Position numbers and translations under genes: made by a program
Notes under the pieces: model-generated
Databases searched by the model: none
What the model was told of the DNA's origin: nothing
What the model saw: only the letters and a program-made list of their open reading frames with translations
Shown here: positions 30,482 to 40,676 of the stretch, one piece after another
Layout: each line of letters opens with the position of its first letter
Position numbering within the stretch: the first letter of the stretch is position 1
DNA from: an uncultured Planctomycetia bacterium
Lineage (GTDB): Bacteria; Omnitrophota; Gorgyraeia; Gorgyraeales; Gorgyraeaceae
Reading direction: 5' to 3'
Length of the DNA: 64,000 nucleotides
NCBI GenBank assembly: GCA_964566255.1
Contig: CAZMID010000003.1
Coordinates: 5,145-69,144 of the forward strand

Positions 30482-32307
30482 TTTATTTTGCCTACATTAG
30501 CCAGCATAAAATTTTCACTATCCAAAAACAGTGCATATCCTGTTGCCTTGTTTAATTTTGCCATGGACTGGTAGAGGCTACCCATTAATTCAATATAGTA
30601 TGATTTTTCATCTGTCAAATTCATGTGCGCCTGCATAAGCTCTGAAAATGGAATCTCATTCAATTCTGAACGGGCCTTTGCAATCTTAAGCTCTTCTTCC
30701 CTGTATTTAATCTTATTCAAATTAGCATTTGCCTGAATAAATCCTTTCCTGTAATCCAGGTGGGCCTCTTTCACCTCTCTTAAAACATTATCTTCTGCCT
30801 CGCGTAATTCCTCCCTGGCCTTATCCAATGCTATCTGGCTGGATTTCTTCTCGGAAAAACTCTGCAGATTATCAAGAAAGTTAAATTCCACTGACTGGCT
30901 AGTAGATTCTGTCCTGGACGTTTGACCATGTTTTTCACTTGTCTCATCTTCTGTATAAACAGTAGAAAGTGTATTACCGCCTAAAGGCTTTGAAAACTTA
31001 ATTCCAAAATACCAGTCATTTTCCATAGTCAAATCTTCAGATTCATACGCCCCACCGGATTTGCCATAATTTCCTGTAAGATCCACCTTTAGCTGATCTT
31101 TAGAAAGTGCTATCTTACGGTTATACTCATTAAATTCCACCATATGTTTTTTTGCCTTAAGATCTGGTCTGTATCTAGAAGCTAAATCCATGCATTCTTC
31201 TAGTCCCACATCTATATATACCGGCTTTAAATCCGTCATATCTACATCTACTAAAGTATCTATTTCTTTTGAGTCTTCTACACCCATTGCCTGCTGTAAA
31301 ACCAACCTTGCCAAAGATAGATCATTTTCACTTGAGGCAACCTGATAATTAATCTGTTTCATCTGGGACTTTACCTGCAAAAATTCAGCCTTTGTACTTA
31401 ATTCAAGTTCAAACCTCTTCTTTGCAGTATCAAAAACAGTTCCTGTCTCTTTTAAAAGAGACCTTTGCAGCCCCACATTAATTGAACTGGCCATATATGA
31501 ATAAAAAGACATCTCCACCTCGAGCCTCAAATCCTGCAAAACCTTATCATAGTTCTCTGTCGAGGCCTTCATGTTGCTAACTGCCTGTTCAACCGCATAT
31601 TTAAGTCGCCATCCATAATAGAGCGGATATTCAAATTTGAGTTTATATTCCTTGTCTGTAAAATCCTGTATATTCGCAGTAGTTTTTCCTGTTGTCTCCA
31701 GATAACTAAAACTTGCTGCTGGGAAAAGGGCCCTCCTTGCCTCTCTTATTTTAAGCCTTGAGAGCGCTATCTCTTCCTTGGCTATCCTTGTAACTGTGCT
31801 ATTTTCCAATGCAAGGTCTACTGCATCGTTCAAACCTAGATCTCTAACATCCAGACTTTTCGGACTGGGTAACTTTGCGTGAAAAGTATCTTTAGTATCA
31901 AATATTATCGGGATATCTATCCAACGATCCTTTTCTCCAAGTGCTTCTGGAAAAGGTTGATACCTTTGATACATCCAGACTGCCTTTAAAGAGGCCTCGT
32001 CCAGTTCTGTAGAGTCCGAAGACTCAGAAACATAGGCATCCTTCAGCTCTCCCCAAGGAGAAAGTAAAATCTTTAACCTTAACTTCCCCTTTGAGTCATA
32101 TACTACAGACCTATCAGGCATAGGAGAAATAGAATCATATATCTCATTTGATAAATCTACGATATATTGTATTAGAGATTCGTTTTGGATGGCTGGTTGA
32201 TAAGAAAATACTTCTGTGGGCGATATAAATACAATTATTACAGCAAAAGATAATAATATAGCGCTTTTAATGTGCATAACCTCTCCTGTGAAGGAGAAGT
32301 ATATCAC
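30478..32307 (-). CDS. outer-membrane efflux protein (TolC family) with an N-terminal TonB-C-like extension
   Basis: 609 aa. The TolC-like repeats cover about aa 170-609. The first ~150 aa after the signal resemble a TonB C-terminal fold (…GKLRLKILLSPWGELKDAYVSESSDSTELDEASLKAVWMYQRYQPFP). Confidence 0.75.
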   Translation of the reverse strand: MIYFSFTGEVMHIKSAILLSFAVIIVFISPTEVFSYQPAIQNESLIQYIVDLSNEIYDSISPMPDRSVVYDSKGKLRLKILLSPWGELKDAYVSESSDSTELDEASLKAVWMYQRYQPFPEALGEKDRWIDIPIIFDTKDTFHAKLPSPKSLDVRDLGLNDAVDLALENSTVTRIAKEEIALSRLKIREARRALFPAASFSYLETTGKTTANIQDFTDKEYKLKFEYPLYYGWRLKYAVEQAVSNMKASTENYDKVLQDLRLEVEMSFYSYMASSINVGLQRSLLKETGTVFDTAKKRFELELSTKAEFLQVKSQMKQINYQVASSENDLSLARLVLQQAMGVEDSKEIDTLVDVDMTDLKPVYIDVGLEECMDLASRYRPDLKAKKHMVEFNEYNRKIALSKDQLKVDLTGNYGKSGGAYESEDLTMENDWYFGIKFSKPLGGNTLSTVYTEDETSEKHGQTSRTESTSQSVEFNFLDNLQSFSEKKSSQIALDKAREELREAEDNVLREVKEAHLDYRKGFIQANANLNKIKYREEELKIAKARSELNEIPFSELMQAHMNLTDEKSYYIELMGSLYQSMAKLNKATGYALFLDSENFMLANVGKIK

Positions 32308-32365
32308 ACGATTACCCTTTTGTCAATATAGGGTTATAAAAATACTGATACAGTTTTGATACGGT

Positions 32366-33604
32366 TTAAAGATTTATAAAAATATCCCTTATAACAACAC
32401 TAGCTGCGCCTAATGCAACAGCATCACGGCCAAGATGTGCAGGTATTATCTTTACAACATTAGCAGGCTCCTCAAAGGCCCACTTTCTTACTGTCCTTCT
32501 TAATGGCTCTAAGAATAAACTGCCGGATTTTTCAATGCCGCCACCTATTATAACTATCTCAGGGTTAAATAAATTAACCAGATAAGCAACCCTTACACCT
32601 AAGTTGACAGCTGCATCTTCCAAAAGCTCTATTGAAAGGGTATCGCCTGATTTTGCCGCATCTATTATACTCTCTACTGTAAGGTCGTCTAATTTCTTTC
32701 CTGCAATATCTGATATACTGGACTTTATACCTTCTTCTTTTATTAGTTTCCTTGCCTGGGCTAACAATCCTAAGTCCAAACCTAAAGGCAGTAAAAACGA
32801 AAGGTTCTTTGAAAGCTTCAGATACTCTCCGTTCCTGGGATAGTTTATACGAATCTCTCCTGCTGAACCACTGGTGCCGCAATACATCCCGCCTTTTATA
32901 ATAATCCCGCTTCCTACATCAGAATACATATAAATAACATCCTGCGAATCCATAGGAAGTGCATGCATCTTCTCGCCAAAGGCCGCAAATGTAGCGTCAT
33001 TTCCAAGAAAAGAATGTATCCCAAATCTTTCTTCAATAAGTCCCTTCAAGGAAACATAGCTTGTACGCATACCAGTTCTTGTAGAATCCCTTACCGTACC
33101 AAGGTTTTCATCTATAACCCCGCCAAGGCCTATACCAACACCTTTAAGTTTATCCTTACTAACACCTTTTTTCTTTATCAATTCATCTATCAATTCAAGC
33201 GATTTATCTATAATCTTATCCATGCTTCCTTTTTCTCTTTTCTTTTCAATCCTTGCTATTGTCTTACCTGAAAGATCTGTAACCAATCCTATCATAGTAG
33301 CGCCTTCTGCGCCCATATGGCCAAGGTCAAGTCCTATAGCATAACCATTCTGCTCGTTGAGCTTAATAAGGGTTGGCTTCCTTCCGCCAGAGGAGGATTC
33401 CATTCCACCTTCAATAATAAGTCCTGCATCAATATAGGTATTTATATAATTTGACACTGTTACTATATTAAGGTCTGTTATCTTTGAAATATCTGCCCTT
33501 GTAATAGGGCCATTTCTGCGGATGAGCTCTAATATGGAAAAATTTTTCTTCTCATGATCTGAAAGTAAATGCCCCTGAAAAACCTGGTTTCTCCTGATAG
33601 GCAT
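32366..33604 (-). CDS. ROK-family transcriptional regulator (N-terminal HTH plus sugar-kinase-like domain)
   Basis: 412 aa. The HTH is …ILELIRRNGPITRADISKITDLNIVTVSNYI…. The ROK glycine-rich motifs include …GLGGVIDENLG…. Confidence 0.8.
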   Translation of the reverse strand: MPIRRNQVFQGHLLSDHEKKNFSILELIRRNGPITRADISKITDLNIVTVSNYINTYIDAGLIIEGGMESSSGGRKPTLIKLNEQNGYAIGLDLGHMGAEGATMIGLVTDLSGKTIARIEKKREKGSMDKIIDKSLELIDELIKKKGVSKDKLKGVGIGLGGVIDENLGTVRDSTRTGMRTSYVSLKGLIEERFGIHSFLGNDATFAAFGEKMHALPMDSQDVIYMYSDVGSGIIIKGGMYCGTSGSAGEIRINYPRNGEYLKLSKNLSFLLPLGLDLGLLAQARKLIKEEGIKSSISDIAGKKLDDLTVESIIDAAKSGDTLSIELLEDAAVNLGVRVAYLVNLFNPEIVIIGGGIEKSGSLFLEPLRRTVRKWAFEEPANVVKIIPAHLGRDAVALGAASVVIRDIFINL

Positions 33605-33621
33605 AACCTACCTCCTTTGGG

Positions 33622-36324
33622 TTAAAACACCCCTTTATAATAAATACGTAATATATGTTGGGTGTCAAGCGTTGGGTAAAAATCTCCATAAGGGCTGGCA
33701 GCGGCACCCCACACTGGGGAGACAACACTACCCTCACCAAACTGTATTGTTAAGAGCCCATGTTCAGTAACACTATAATTAAGCTCTAAAAATATATTAT
33801 GATGATTCTGATATTTTAAATCGCCGCTTGTATTCAGACGATATAGATTGTATGCCTTTGAGAATGTATATTTCAAGAATCCTGTAAGTTTGGGAGTAAA
33901 GCCATATCTAAAGGTCGTGCTAAAATGATTTATATTATCATCTATACCTGATGCAAACTTAAAGTCATTCTTTGTATAGTCTAAATCTATTCCTAATTTT
34001 TTAGATGGCTTTAAAGAAATACCCATTCTATATATATTAAAACGATCGTATGGCGGTAAATCAAAAAAGTCCTGATCGTATAAATATCTATCCTTCTTTG
34101 TATAGGTATCCCCTTCTATTGTCTCAGTAGTAAAACCATAATCATTCAAAAGAGATCTAGGATTGTCTCCTGTAGCAAAAGTAGAATCATTTGTATTTTC
34201 ATATATACCAAAAACACTTATCCAGTCATCTGGTGTATATTCAAGACCAACTGAATATGTAGATAAGGATGGATCCTTTCCTTCTTCAATCTTAGAATTT
34301 CTGAGATATTCTCCTGTATCAGGATCATAGTAGATAGGATCTACACCTCCTTTTGTTTCAGGAAGGCCATGGTATATAAATAAAAGTTTAGATGTCCAGT
34401 CAGGATTTATCCTAAAGGTATTTTCTTCTCTAAAGACTCCTTCTACATACTTATGATCTGAATCCCTTACAAGCCTATAATCTATTAAATTATCCATCTT
34501 GTTATTAACAGCATCTTTTGTATCAAATCTAAAGTTAATTACCTTTCTTCCTGTATCTATACCATCACCTATCCTGAAAGGCTCAACATCTTCATATTGA
34601 AGATCAGTTGAACCTTCAAGTGCTTTTCTAAAATGTATGTGCCTGCCCCAAAACTGATCTTTTCTTGTCTCTCTATAATTTGAAAGCCCTGGGTCAAATG
34701 ATTCATCCATATGCGTAAGCGCAACTTTTAGATTATTTACACCCATCTGCTTCTTAAAAACAAGATGGGCAGCTGAACCATTCTTTTCTGTTTTATAAGA
34801 ACTGGACCTATCATCTTCACTTTTACTAATAGCTACTTCAGCAGCTACATTAGTCATAGGACCTAAATCAAGGCTGGCATCAACACCAAATACATTATTA
34901 TACGAATCGACTTTATCATTATCTCGACCTACTCTAAATGTATCTACTAAACCTACTGTCAATCCATCATTTATTTCTGTCTTTGCCCTTATTGCACCAG
35001 GGATAACATTGATATCTTCATAGTCTTGCCATAATCCTTTAGGGCTAGCTACAGTCATAGAAAGATCAGTACTGCCAAATTTCCCTTGAAAAGAAGCGCC
35101 TCTTAATGCAGTAAGCCTTTTTAAGTCACTATCTCTTGTAAAAAAAGACAATGTATCTGACCACTCGCCTCTCCAAAAACCAGCATTGCTCCCTTCTGTA
35201 TTTAAGTGTCCTGGCACCCAATCATCAAGCCAAGGACTAGGTTCCCAGTAAATATGATGATTTGAAAGCCCTAATGGATCATCTGAAGAAAGGGCTTGAT
35301 CTTCTAAGGCAAATGGAAATACTTTTAATTTATAATCCTCTTTGTTTAAATCAAACCATAACTCCCTTATTGGCTGGAATGCAAAATCTATGTCTTTTTC
35401 AGGCATTGAAAAAGTATCTGGTCTCCATTCGTATGTCCTACTATCAAATGCAAATGGTGCTATCTTACCATCAGTAACCTTATATTCCAGGGCATTAACA
35501 CCATTACCCTTATCCATGGTATAAAAGGTTTCATTAATGGTCCCTCTTGTCCCTGACCAATATTTTAGCTCCAACTCAACTCTGTCTCCGTCATCACCAT
35601 CAACTGTAAACTTATCAGTCTTTCCGACAAAGCTCCATGGGTCCACAGTAATATCTGAATGAAAGTTCAAACCATCTGCATCTTTATTTGTATCAAAAGC
35701 TAGTCTAAGCCTATCATATACCCTTGTATCAAACGTATTTGTCTTGGGAAAATTATGATCTACCATCCTGAAATTACGCTCATTATAATCTCCATGGGCC
35801 TTTTTCCAGATAAGATCTTCACTCGTTACACCAAGGGCCACTTTATATTCTCCGTGTATCTGGGAAGGGGATATTCTGTGGTTAAGCCTATCGCTTGCAG
35901 ATTTTATTTTATCTTCAGGATAATCTAATGATTCTGGATCTACTTCAGACTCAAAGGGTTGGTATTCACTATAGGTTATTTTTTCCGGTTCTATCTCAGG
36001 TGTATAAACTACCTCTTCTTGATAAATACTAGCCCTATCTTCTTCACGCATCTTAAATTCTGCTCTAATCAAATCCAGATAACCCTGAGCCTCTCTATTA
36101 TCAGGATCAAGTTCAATCGCCTTTTCTAAAACCTCGATTGCATCTTCTAATCTTCCAACATGGTAATACTTTATAGCCTTACTGCAGAGTCCAAAACTCT
36201 CAGCAATATCCTCATTAATCTTCTCTTCTTCAGCATGACAAGTAAAGACACCATAACTACACGAAAGTACTAGACTAGCTATTGCGATTATCTTCGTTAG
36301 ATAAAATCTTGGTGTTTTACTCAC
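33622..36324 (-). CDS. large secreted outer-membrane beta-barrel-like protein with an N-terminal TPR
   Basis: 900 aa. A signal peptide and a TPR-like helix pair come first. A ~750-aa Asp/Gly/Tyr/Trp-rich region follows. The C-terminus …ILRIYYKGVF ends in Phe. Confidence 0.5.
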   Translation of the reverse strand: MSKTPRFYLTKIIAIASLVLSCSYGVFTCHAEEEKINEDIAESFGLCSKAIKYYHVGRLEDAIEVLEKAIELDPDNREAQGYLDLIRAEFKMREEDRASIYQEEVVYTPEIEPEKITYSEYQPFESEVDPESLDYPEDKIKSASDRLNHRISPSQIHGEYKVALGVTSEDLIWKKAHGDYNERNFRMVDHNFPKTNTFDTRVYDRLRLAFDTNKDADGLNFHSDITVDPWSFVGKTDKFTVDGDDGDRVELELKYWSGTRGTINETFYTMDKGNGVNALEYKVTDGKIAPFAFDSRTYEWRPDTFSMPEKDIDFAFQPIRELWFDLNKEDYKLKVFPFALEDQALSSDDPLGLSNHHIYWEPSPWLDDWVPGHLNTEGSNAGFWRGEWSDTLSFFTRDSDLKRLTALRGASFQGKFGSTDLSMTVASPKGLWQDYEDINVIPGAIRAKTEINDGLTVGLVDTFRVGRDNDKVDSYNNVFGVDASLDLGPMTNVAAEVAISKSEDDRSSSYKTEKNGSAAHLVFKKQMGVNNLKVALTHMDESFDPGLSNYRETRKDQFWGRHIHFRKALEGSTDLQYEDVEPFRIGDGIDTGRKVINFRFDTKDAVNNKMDNLIDYRLVRDSDHKYVEGVFREENTFRINPDWTSKLLFIYHGLPETKGGVDPIYYDPDTGEYLRNSKIEEGKDPSLSTYSVGLEYTPDDWISVFGIYENTNDSTFATGDNPRSLLNDYGFTTETIEGDTYTKKDRYLYDQDFFDLPPYDRFNIYRMGISLKPSKKLGIDLDYTKNDFKFASGIDDNINHFSTTFRYGFTPKLTGFLKYTFSKAYNLYRLNTSGDLKYQNHHNIFLELNYSVTEHGLLTIQFGEGSVVSPVWGAAASPYGDFYPTLDTQHILRIYYKGVF

Positions 36325-36325
36325 T

Positions 36326-37543
36326 CTATTTCCTCCAGAGCTTTTTTAATATAAAATATGCCTTTTTAGGCTTACGCTCATCAAGTCCGGTTTCCTGCTT
36401 ATTCAATGAACATACTCCCCACCATTCTTCATTTATATTAAGATTCTGAGGTGCCTTTATATCAAAATAATATGCCCCATTAGACCAGCTTGCAAGCGTA
36501 TCATGGATATACCATCCAGATTTACTATCTTCATTAAACTTCCACCATTCGTCTGTCCACTCAAATACAAAACCGCCTAAAGAGTTTCCAACGCCAGAAC
36601 CCATAAAAGTATTCTTATTTATTTCCTTCCATTCAGCCTCAATAAATTCTGCCTGCATAGCTTCATCTTCCTCATTCAGAAAGGCATTATACCTATCGCA
36701 TCCGAATTCAGTTATAACTACAGGTCTTCTGAATTTTCTTGATATCTCGCGAAAAAAGCTTCCAAAGGCCTTACCTCTATATATAGAACATCCAAGAACA
36801 TCAATATCTGGTGTAACAGGACCTGCTATATCTATATCAGTAACCTCTGCATTCGCCAATACAACAGGATGATTTGGGTCTATTTTATGGATCTCTTTTG
36901 CAACTTCATTTACAAAAGAATAATAGATCTTTGCCCTGGCCTGTCTTTTTGAATAAGGGTCTCCAAGGGCTTCTATCTCAGGAGTTGTCCATAGATTCAA
37001 TGTCTGAGGACCATAAGAAAAAGAAACATTATTTTCATTTCCAAGTATCCAGAATAAAATCCCTTTTTCATCTTTATAGGTCCGGACCATCTCCAGGACA
37101 TCTTCTTTTACATTTTCACAAAAATATGGATCTGCGTAATTTGGATTATCCCAAAAACCAAGCCAGTGACCCATGGCAGTCCGAATTTTAAACTTATTAT
37201 AAAGATATTTTATCGCCTCTTTGGTCTTTAAAGTGCTTTCTCCAGGCTGATAGACCCTTATCGTGTTTACACCTATAGCCTTCATTAGGCGACCGTCATA
37301 AATATAGGGCTTAAGAGGATCACCCCAAAAATCGTATGTATGATTCTTGCCTACAGGTACAGGGTTATAAACCATACCCTTTACTATATAGGGCCTATTA
37401 TTAACTATCAGCTGAAAACGCTTACCTTTTAATGTTTTTATATAAGAACGTTTCATTCCGACATTGTTCAGAATGAAAAATCCAACTAACAGTATTAAGA
37501 TAGTACAGGACACTCCTATAAGTATCTTTTTTGACACCTTCAT
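36326..37543 (-). CDS. clan GH-A (TIM-barrel) retaining glycoside hydrolase, family unassigned
   Basis: 405 aa with an N-terminal anchor. The acid/base motif is …FWILGNENN…. The nucleophile motif is …VVITEFGCD…. Both are shared with the 767-aa paralog. Confidence 0.55.
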   Translation of the reverse strand: MKVSKKILIGVSCTILILLVGFFILNNVGMKRSYIKTLKGKRFQLIVNNRPYIVKGMVYNPVPVGKNHTYDFWGDPLKPYIYDGRLMKAIGVNTIRVYQPGESTLKTKEAIKYLYNKFKIRTAMGHWLGFWDNPNYADPYFCENVKEDVLEMVRTYKDEKGILFWILGNENNVSFSYGPQTLNLWTTPEIEALGDPYSKRQARAKIYYSFVNEVAKEIHKIDPNHPVVLANAEVTDIDIAGPVTPDIDVLGCSIYRGKAFGSFFREISRKFRRPVVITEFGCDRYNAFLNEEDEAMQAEFIEAEWKEINKNTFMGSGVGNSLGGFVFEWTDEWWKFNEDSKSGWYIHDTLASWSNGAYYFDIKAPQNLNINEEWWGVCSLNKQETGLDERKPKKAYFILKKLWRK

Positions 37544-37560
37544 ATTTTTCCTTTTCTAAG

Positions 37561-38268
37561 TTATTCGTATCTTATATCGTCAAGATAAAAAGTAACGCCT
37601 TCTGGATTTACATCCAGATTAGTACCCCAGCAAAATCCCCCGCTTATATAAGTAAGGTCTTTGCCTCTTAAATCTATTTCGTATTTCTGCCATTCATTAG
37701 TTAACTCCACAGGTCCTATTCCTGCTATATCTGAATCAGAATATATCCCAGTGACGCCTCCGATCTTAAATTCCTCGATCCTTTCACTGCCTTTTTCTCC
37801 TTTTGCCCAAAATGTAACTTTTGTGGCCCCTGTAAGATCATAGCCACCCTGCCTATCACCCCAATTATTAGCTGGGTTCTGCCAGTATACTCCGCCCCAC
37901 CTTGCACCCTGACTAGCAACATTAGAATAAACTACCTTTATACAGGTAGTGCCAGAATAAGGATTCTCAAAAGAAGATGCATTCAAACTTATGTCAGAAT
38001 GATCTCCCATATATCCTGATGGAGTATAATGATTATCAGGAGATCTGCCATCAGTATAAACAGGAAACGGTTTAAATCCGCCAGTAATAACATCTCCTTC
38101 TTTCTCTGTATCTTCCTCTTCAAAGATATCATATACGCTTTCGTCATACTCGTAGGTATAATCATTCTGCGCATATTGTTGCCTATCGTTAGAACCTCCG
38201 CAGCTTGCTATGCTGAAAAGCAACAGCCCTACTATCACAAGCAATGTCAAACTTAGACTTTTCTTCAT
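37561..38268 (-). CDS. lipoprotein with a carbohydrate-binding-module-like C-terminal domain
   Basis: 235 aa. It has an ASC lipobox. The C-terminal beta-sandwich-like pattern is …VTFWAKGEKG…EIDLRGKDLTYISGGFCWGTNL…VTFYLDDIRYE. Confidence 0.45.
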   Translation of the reverse strand: MKKSLSLTLLVIVGLLLFSIASCGGSNDRQQYAQNDYTYEYDESVYDIFEEEDTEKEGDVITGGFKPFPVYTDGRSPDNHYTPSGYMGDHSDISLNASSFENPYSGTTCIKVVYSNVASQGARWGGVYWQNPANNWGDRQGGYDLTGATKVTFWAKGEKGSERIEEFKIGGVTGIYSDSDIAGIGPVELTNEWQKYEIDLRGKDLTYISGGFCWGTNLDVNPEGVTFYLDDIRYE

Positions 38269-38372
38269 CCTTCTACCTCCTTTTTATTGTTCGAGTAAAC
38301 ATCTTATCTGCACATTTTGTGAATCAAAATCTAGTGTTTTAGGATTCTTGTCCTATGTGTTACACCTCCTTT

Positions 38373-40676
38373 CTATTCTTCCCACATCTCTCGATAAATA
38401 AAATATGCCTTTTTAAGCTGTCTCAAAAAAGGACTATTCTCTCCATTCCCCTGACCGACTATTCCAAGCCACTCCTCATAATTCCATCCATCTGGAAACG
38501 GACCTGACCAGTTCTTTGTTGCATCATGCACGAATGGCTCATACGCCTTCCACCACTCATCTATCCATTCAAATAAGACTGAGCCTATTGAATTCCCTAT
38601 TCCACCATGGCGCGCTGAATTATACACAACGTCTTCCCAGTTTCCTTTTAGATATTCAGCCTGTTTATCTTCTGCAAATTTTCTTGATCTACCATCCATA
38701 TAGTTAGGACATCCGTACTCTGTAATGATAACAGGCTTATCGCAGATCTTTTTCACGTTGTCCCAGAAGGACCTACCAAAACCATATTTCCCTCTATATG
38801 CATTTGCACCGTATATATCTACATCCTTACAATATTCACCGAATGTATCTAAATAAAATAAATCGCCGTTACATAAAGACACTGGATGGTCTCTATCTAT
38901 GGACTTTACCATCTTTGCGACCTCATTTACGAACTTATAATACGAACTAGGATTCTTCTTTGCATTATTCGCAACACCATAGTTATTTTCATTTCCGAGC
39001 ATCCAGAATAATATATATGGTTCATCTTTAAATTCCTCGACCATCTTTTTTACGCTATCCATCATGTTTTTTCTATGTATAGGATTCTCATAGTCTGTAC
39101 CTTCGTACCAGCTTGCCCCAGACCCTACAGTATAGGCACCCAATAAATCTCCCATAATCACCATAATCCCATACCTATTATATAGGTCTCTGAGGAGTTC
39201 TTTATTTGATGCGTGATGATAGATTCTGATAGTATTACAATGCATCTGTTTTAACAATTCAAAATCGCCTATAGCAATCTCGTCTGGATCTTGTAGATTA
39301 TTAAAATTTTTATCAACCCAGCTGTCATAAGGGGCATCTATCTTTCCATTATTATTATAATCTGCCTGCATCCAATCATCTAAGGTGCCCTCATCAGGGC
39401 TCTGGCCAACTCTATTTGGTGCATAGGCAACGCCTTTTATCATATAAGGTCTACCTTCTACTCTTAACTGCCAATGGCCGTTTTTGTATTTTACAAGATC
39501 TACTTTTCCATCTCCTATTTGCTCTACTACTCTACCTGTCTTTATAACTCCCTTTTTAAATAAAGTCCTTTTTATGTTATCAAAAAAAACCACATTTATT
39601 AATTTTCCTGGATTTATAAAAAATTTATCATTTCTGATATCATTATCAAAACCGTTTTCAACAAATATATTGGCCCCGCGTAACTCCATTTCCAGATCAG
39701 GATTTTTCCTCAACAAATACTCTATTCTATCAATAGAAACTTGTGCAATATACCATGGCGTATGAAAATAAGTCCAGCCAACTGTCTTAGGAAAGTGCAC
39801 CACTATAGCATAATATGCCTTTATTGCATGCTTTAATAGGCCTGATCTCTCAAGGGCCAAGGCAGTGTAAAATAATCTTACTCCCATTGGTTCTGGCGCC
39901 TGTGTCCACTTATAAAAATTTGCCTCCAGGTCATCTGTATTTACAAAATCCCAGTGATTTCCTATTAGCCTTCCTTCTTTTTTAACTATCTGATAACGTG
40001 GATCCCATCTGGCCCCGGTCGTATTTGGATAAATACCCTCTCCAATTGCCTCAGCCAGACCTTCCGGATCCTCTACTACGTATTTATAATCATTAGTGTC
40101 AACATCTTTAAAATATCCATATTTTTTATAATCTACGATATCTTCTTTACCTGGATTATAAAGTGTAATTTTTGTCTTTAATCTTTTCATCTTTGGACCA
40201 TTTTTTCTTAAGTCTCTTTTCTCTTCTTCGAGTTTTTTAAGTGTTGCATGGCTCTTTTCTTTTACGCTCCAGAACCATCCACGTGGATCCCAATTTTGAG
40301 AATAGCTATAATCTTTTATAACCTTAAGAAAGCTCTCTTTTGCTTCTTTTATTCTCCCCTGAGAAAGATATGCCTCCCCTTGTATAAAAAAGCTTGTTCC
40401 AACAGCATTGAGTGCCTCATACTGATCCATTACCTCTGTAGAAGGCAAGGCACGTAAAAAAGATTGTTCTTTCTTTGCCTTTTCAGAATATAACTCTATA
40501 CACTTACCTGTATAATAAAAAGTCTTTTCATAATCTTTCGCACTCCATGATTCCCATGCCCGCACTATAAATTCCTTAGGAGAAAGTATCTCCTCTGAAG
40601 ATGCTGTAGTATCCAACACCCAAAGACCCAACAATAAAAGACAAATAATTGTAAAAGTAATTTTCTTATTTTTCAT
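38373..40676 (-). CDS. clan GH-A (TIM-barrel) retaining glycoside hydrolase, long paralog
   Basis: 767 aa with a signal peptide and an N-terminal TPR-like region. The catalytic core has …FWMLGNENNYG… and …VIITEYGCPNY…. It can be aligned with the 405-aa protein. Confidence 0.55.
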   Translation of the reverse strand: MKNKKITFTIICLLLLGLWVLDTTASSEEILSPKEFIVRAWESWSAKDYEKTFYYTGKCIELYSEKAKKEQSFLRALPSTEVMDQYEALNAVGTSFFIQGEAYLSQGRIKEAKESFLKVIKDYSYSQNWDPRGWFWSVKEKSHATLKKLEEEKRDLRKNGPKMKRLKTKITLYNPGKEDIVDYKKYGYFKDVDTNDYKYVVEDPEGLAEAIGEGIYPNTTGARWDPRYQIVKKEGRLIGNHWDFVNTDDLEANFYKWTQAPEPMGVRLFYTALALERSGLLKHAIKAYYAIVVHFPKTVGWTYFHTPWYIAQVSIDRIEYLLRKNPDLEMELRGANIFVENGFDNDIRNDKFFINPGKLINVVFFDNIKRTLFKKGVIKTGRVVEQIGDGKVDLVKYKNGHWQLRVEGRPYMIKGVAYAPNRVGQSPDEGTLDDWMQADYNNNGKIDAPYDSWVDKNFNNLQDPDEIAIGDFELLKQMHCNTIRIYHHASNKELLRDLYNRYGIMVIMGDLLGAYTVGSGASWYEGTDYENPIHRKNMMDSVKKMVEEFKDEPYILFWMLGNENNYGVANNAKKNPSSYYKFVNEVAKMVKSIDRDHPVSLCNGDLFYLDTFGEYCKDVDIYGANAYRGKYGFGRSFWDNVKKICDKPVIITEYGCPNYMDGRSRKFAEDKQAEYLKGNWEDVVYNSARHGGIGNSIGSVLFEWIDEWWKAYEPFVHDATKNWSGPFPDGWNYEEWLGIVGQGNGENSPFLRQLKKAYFIYREMWEE

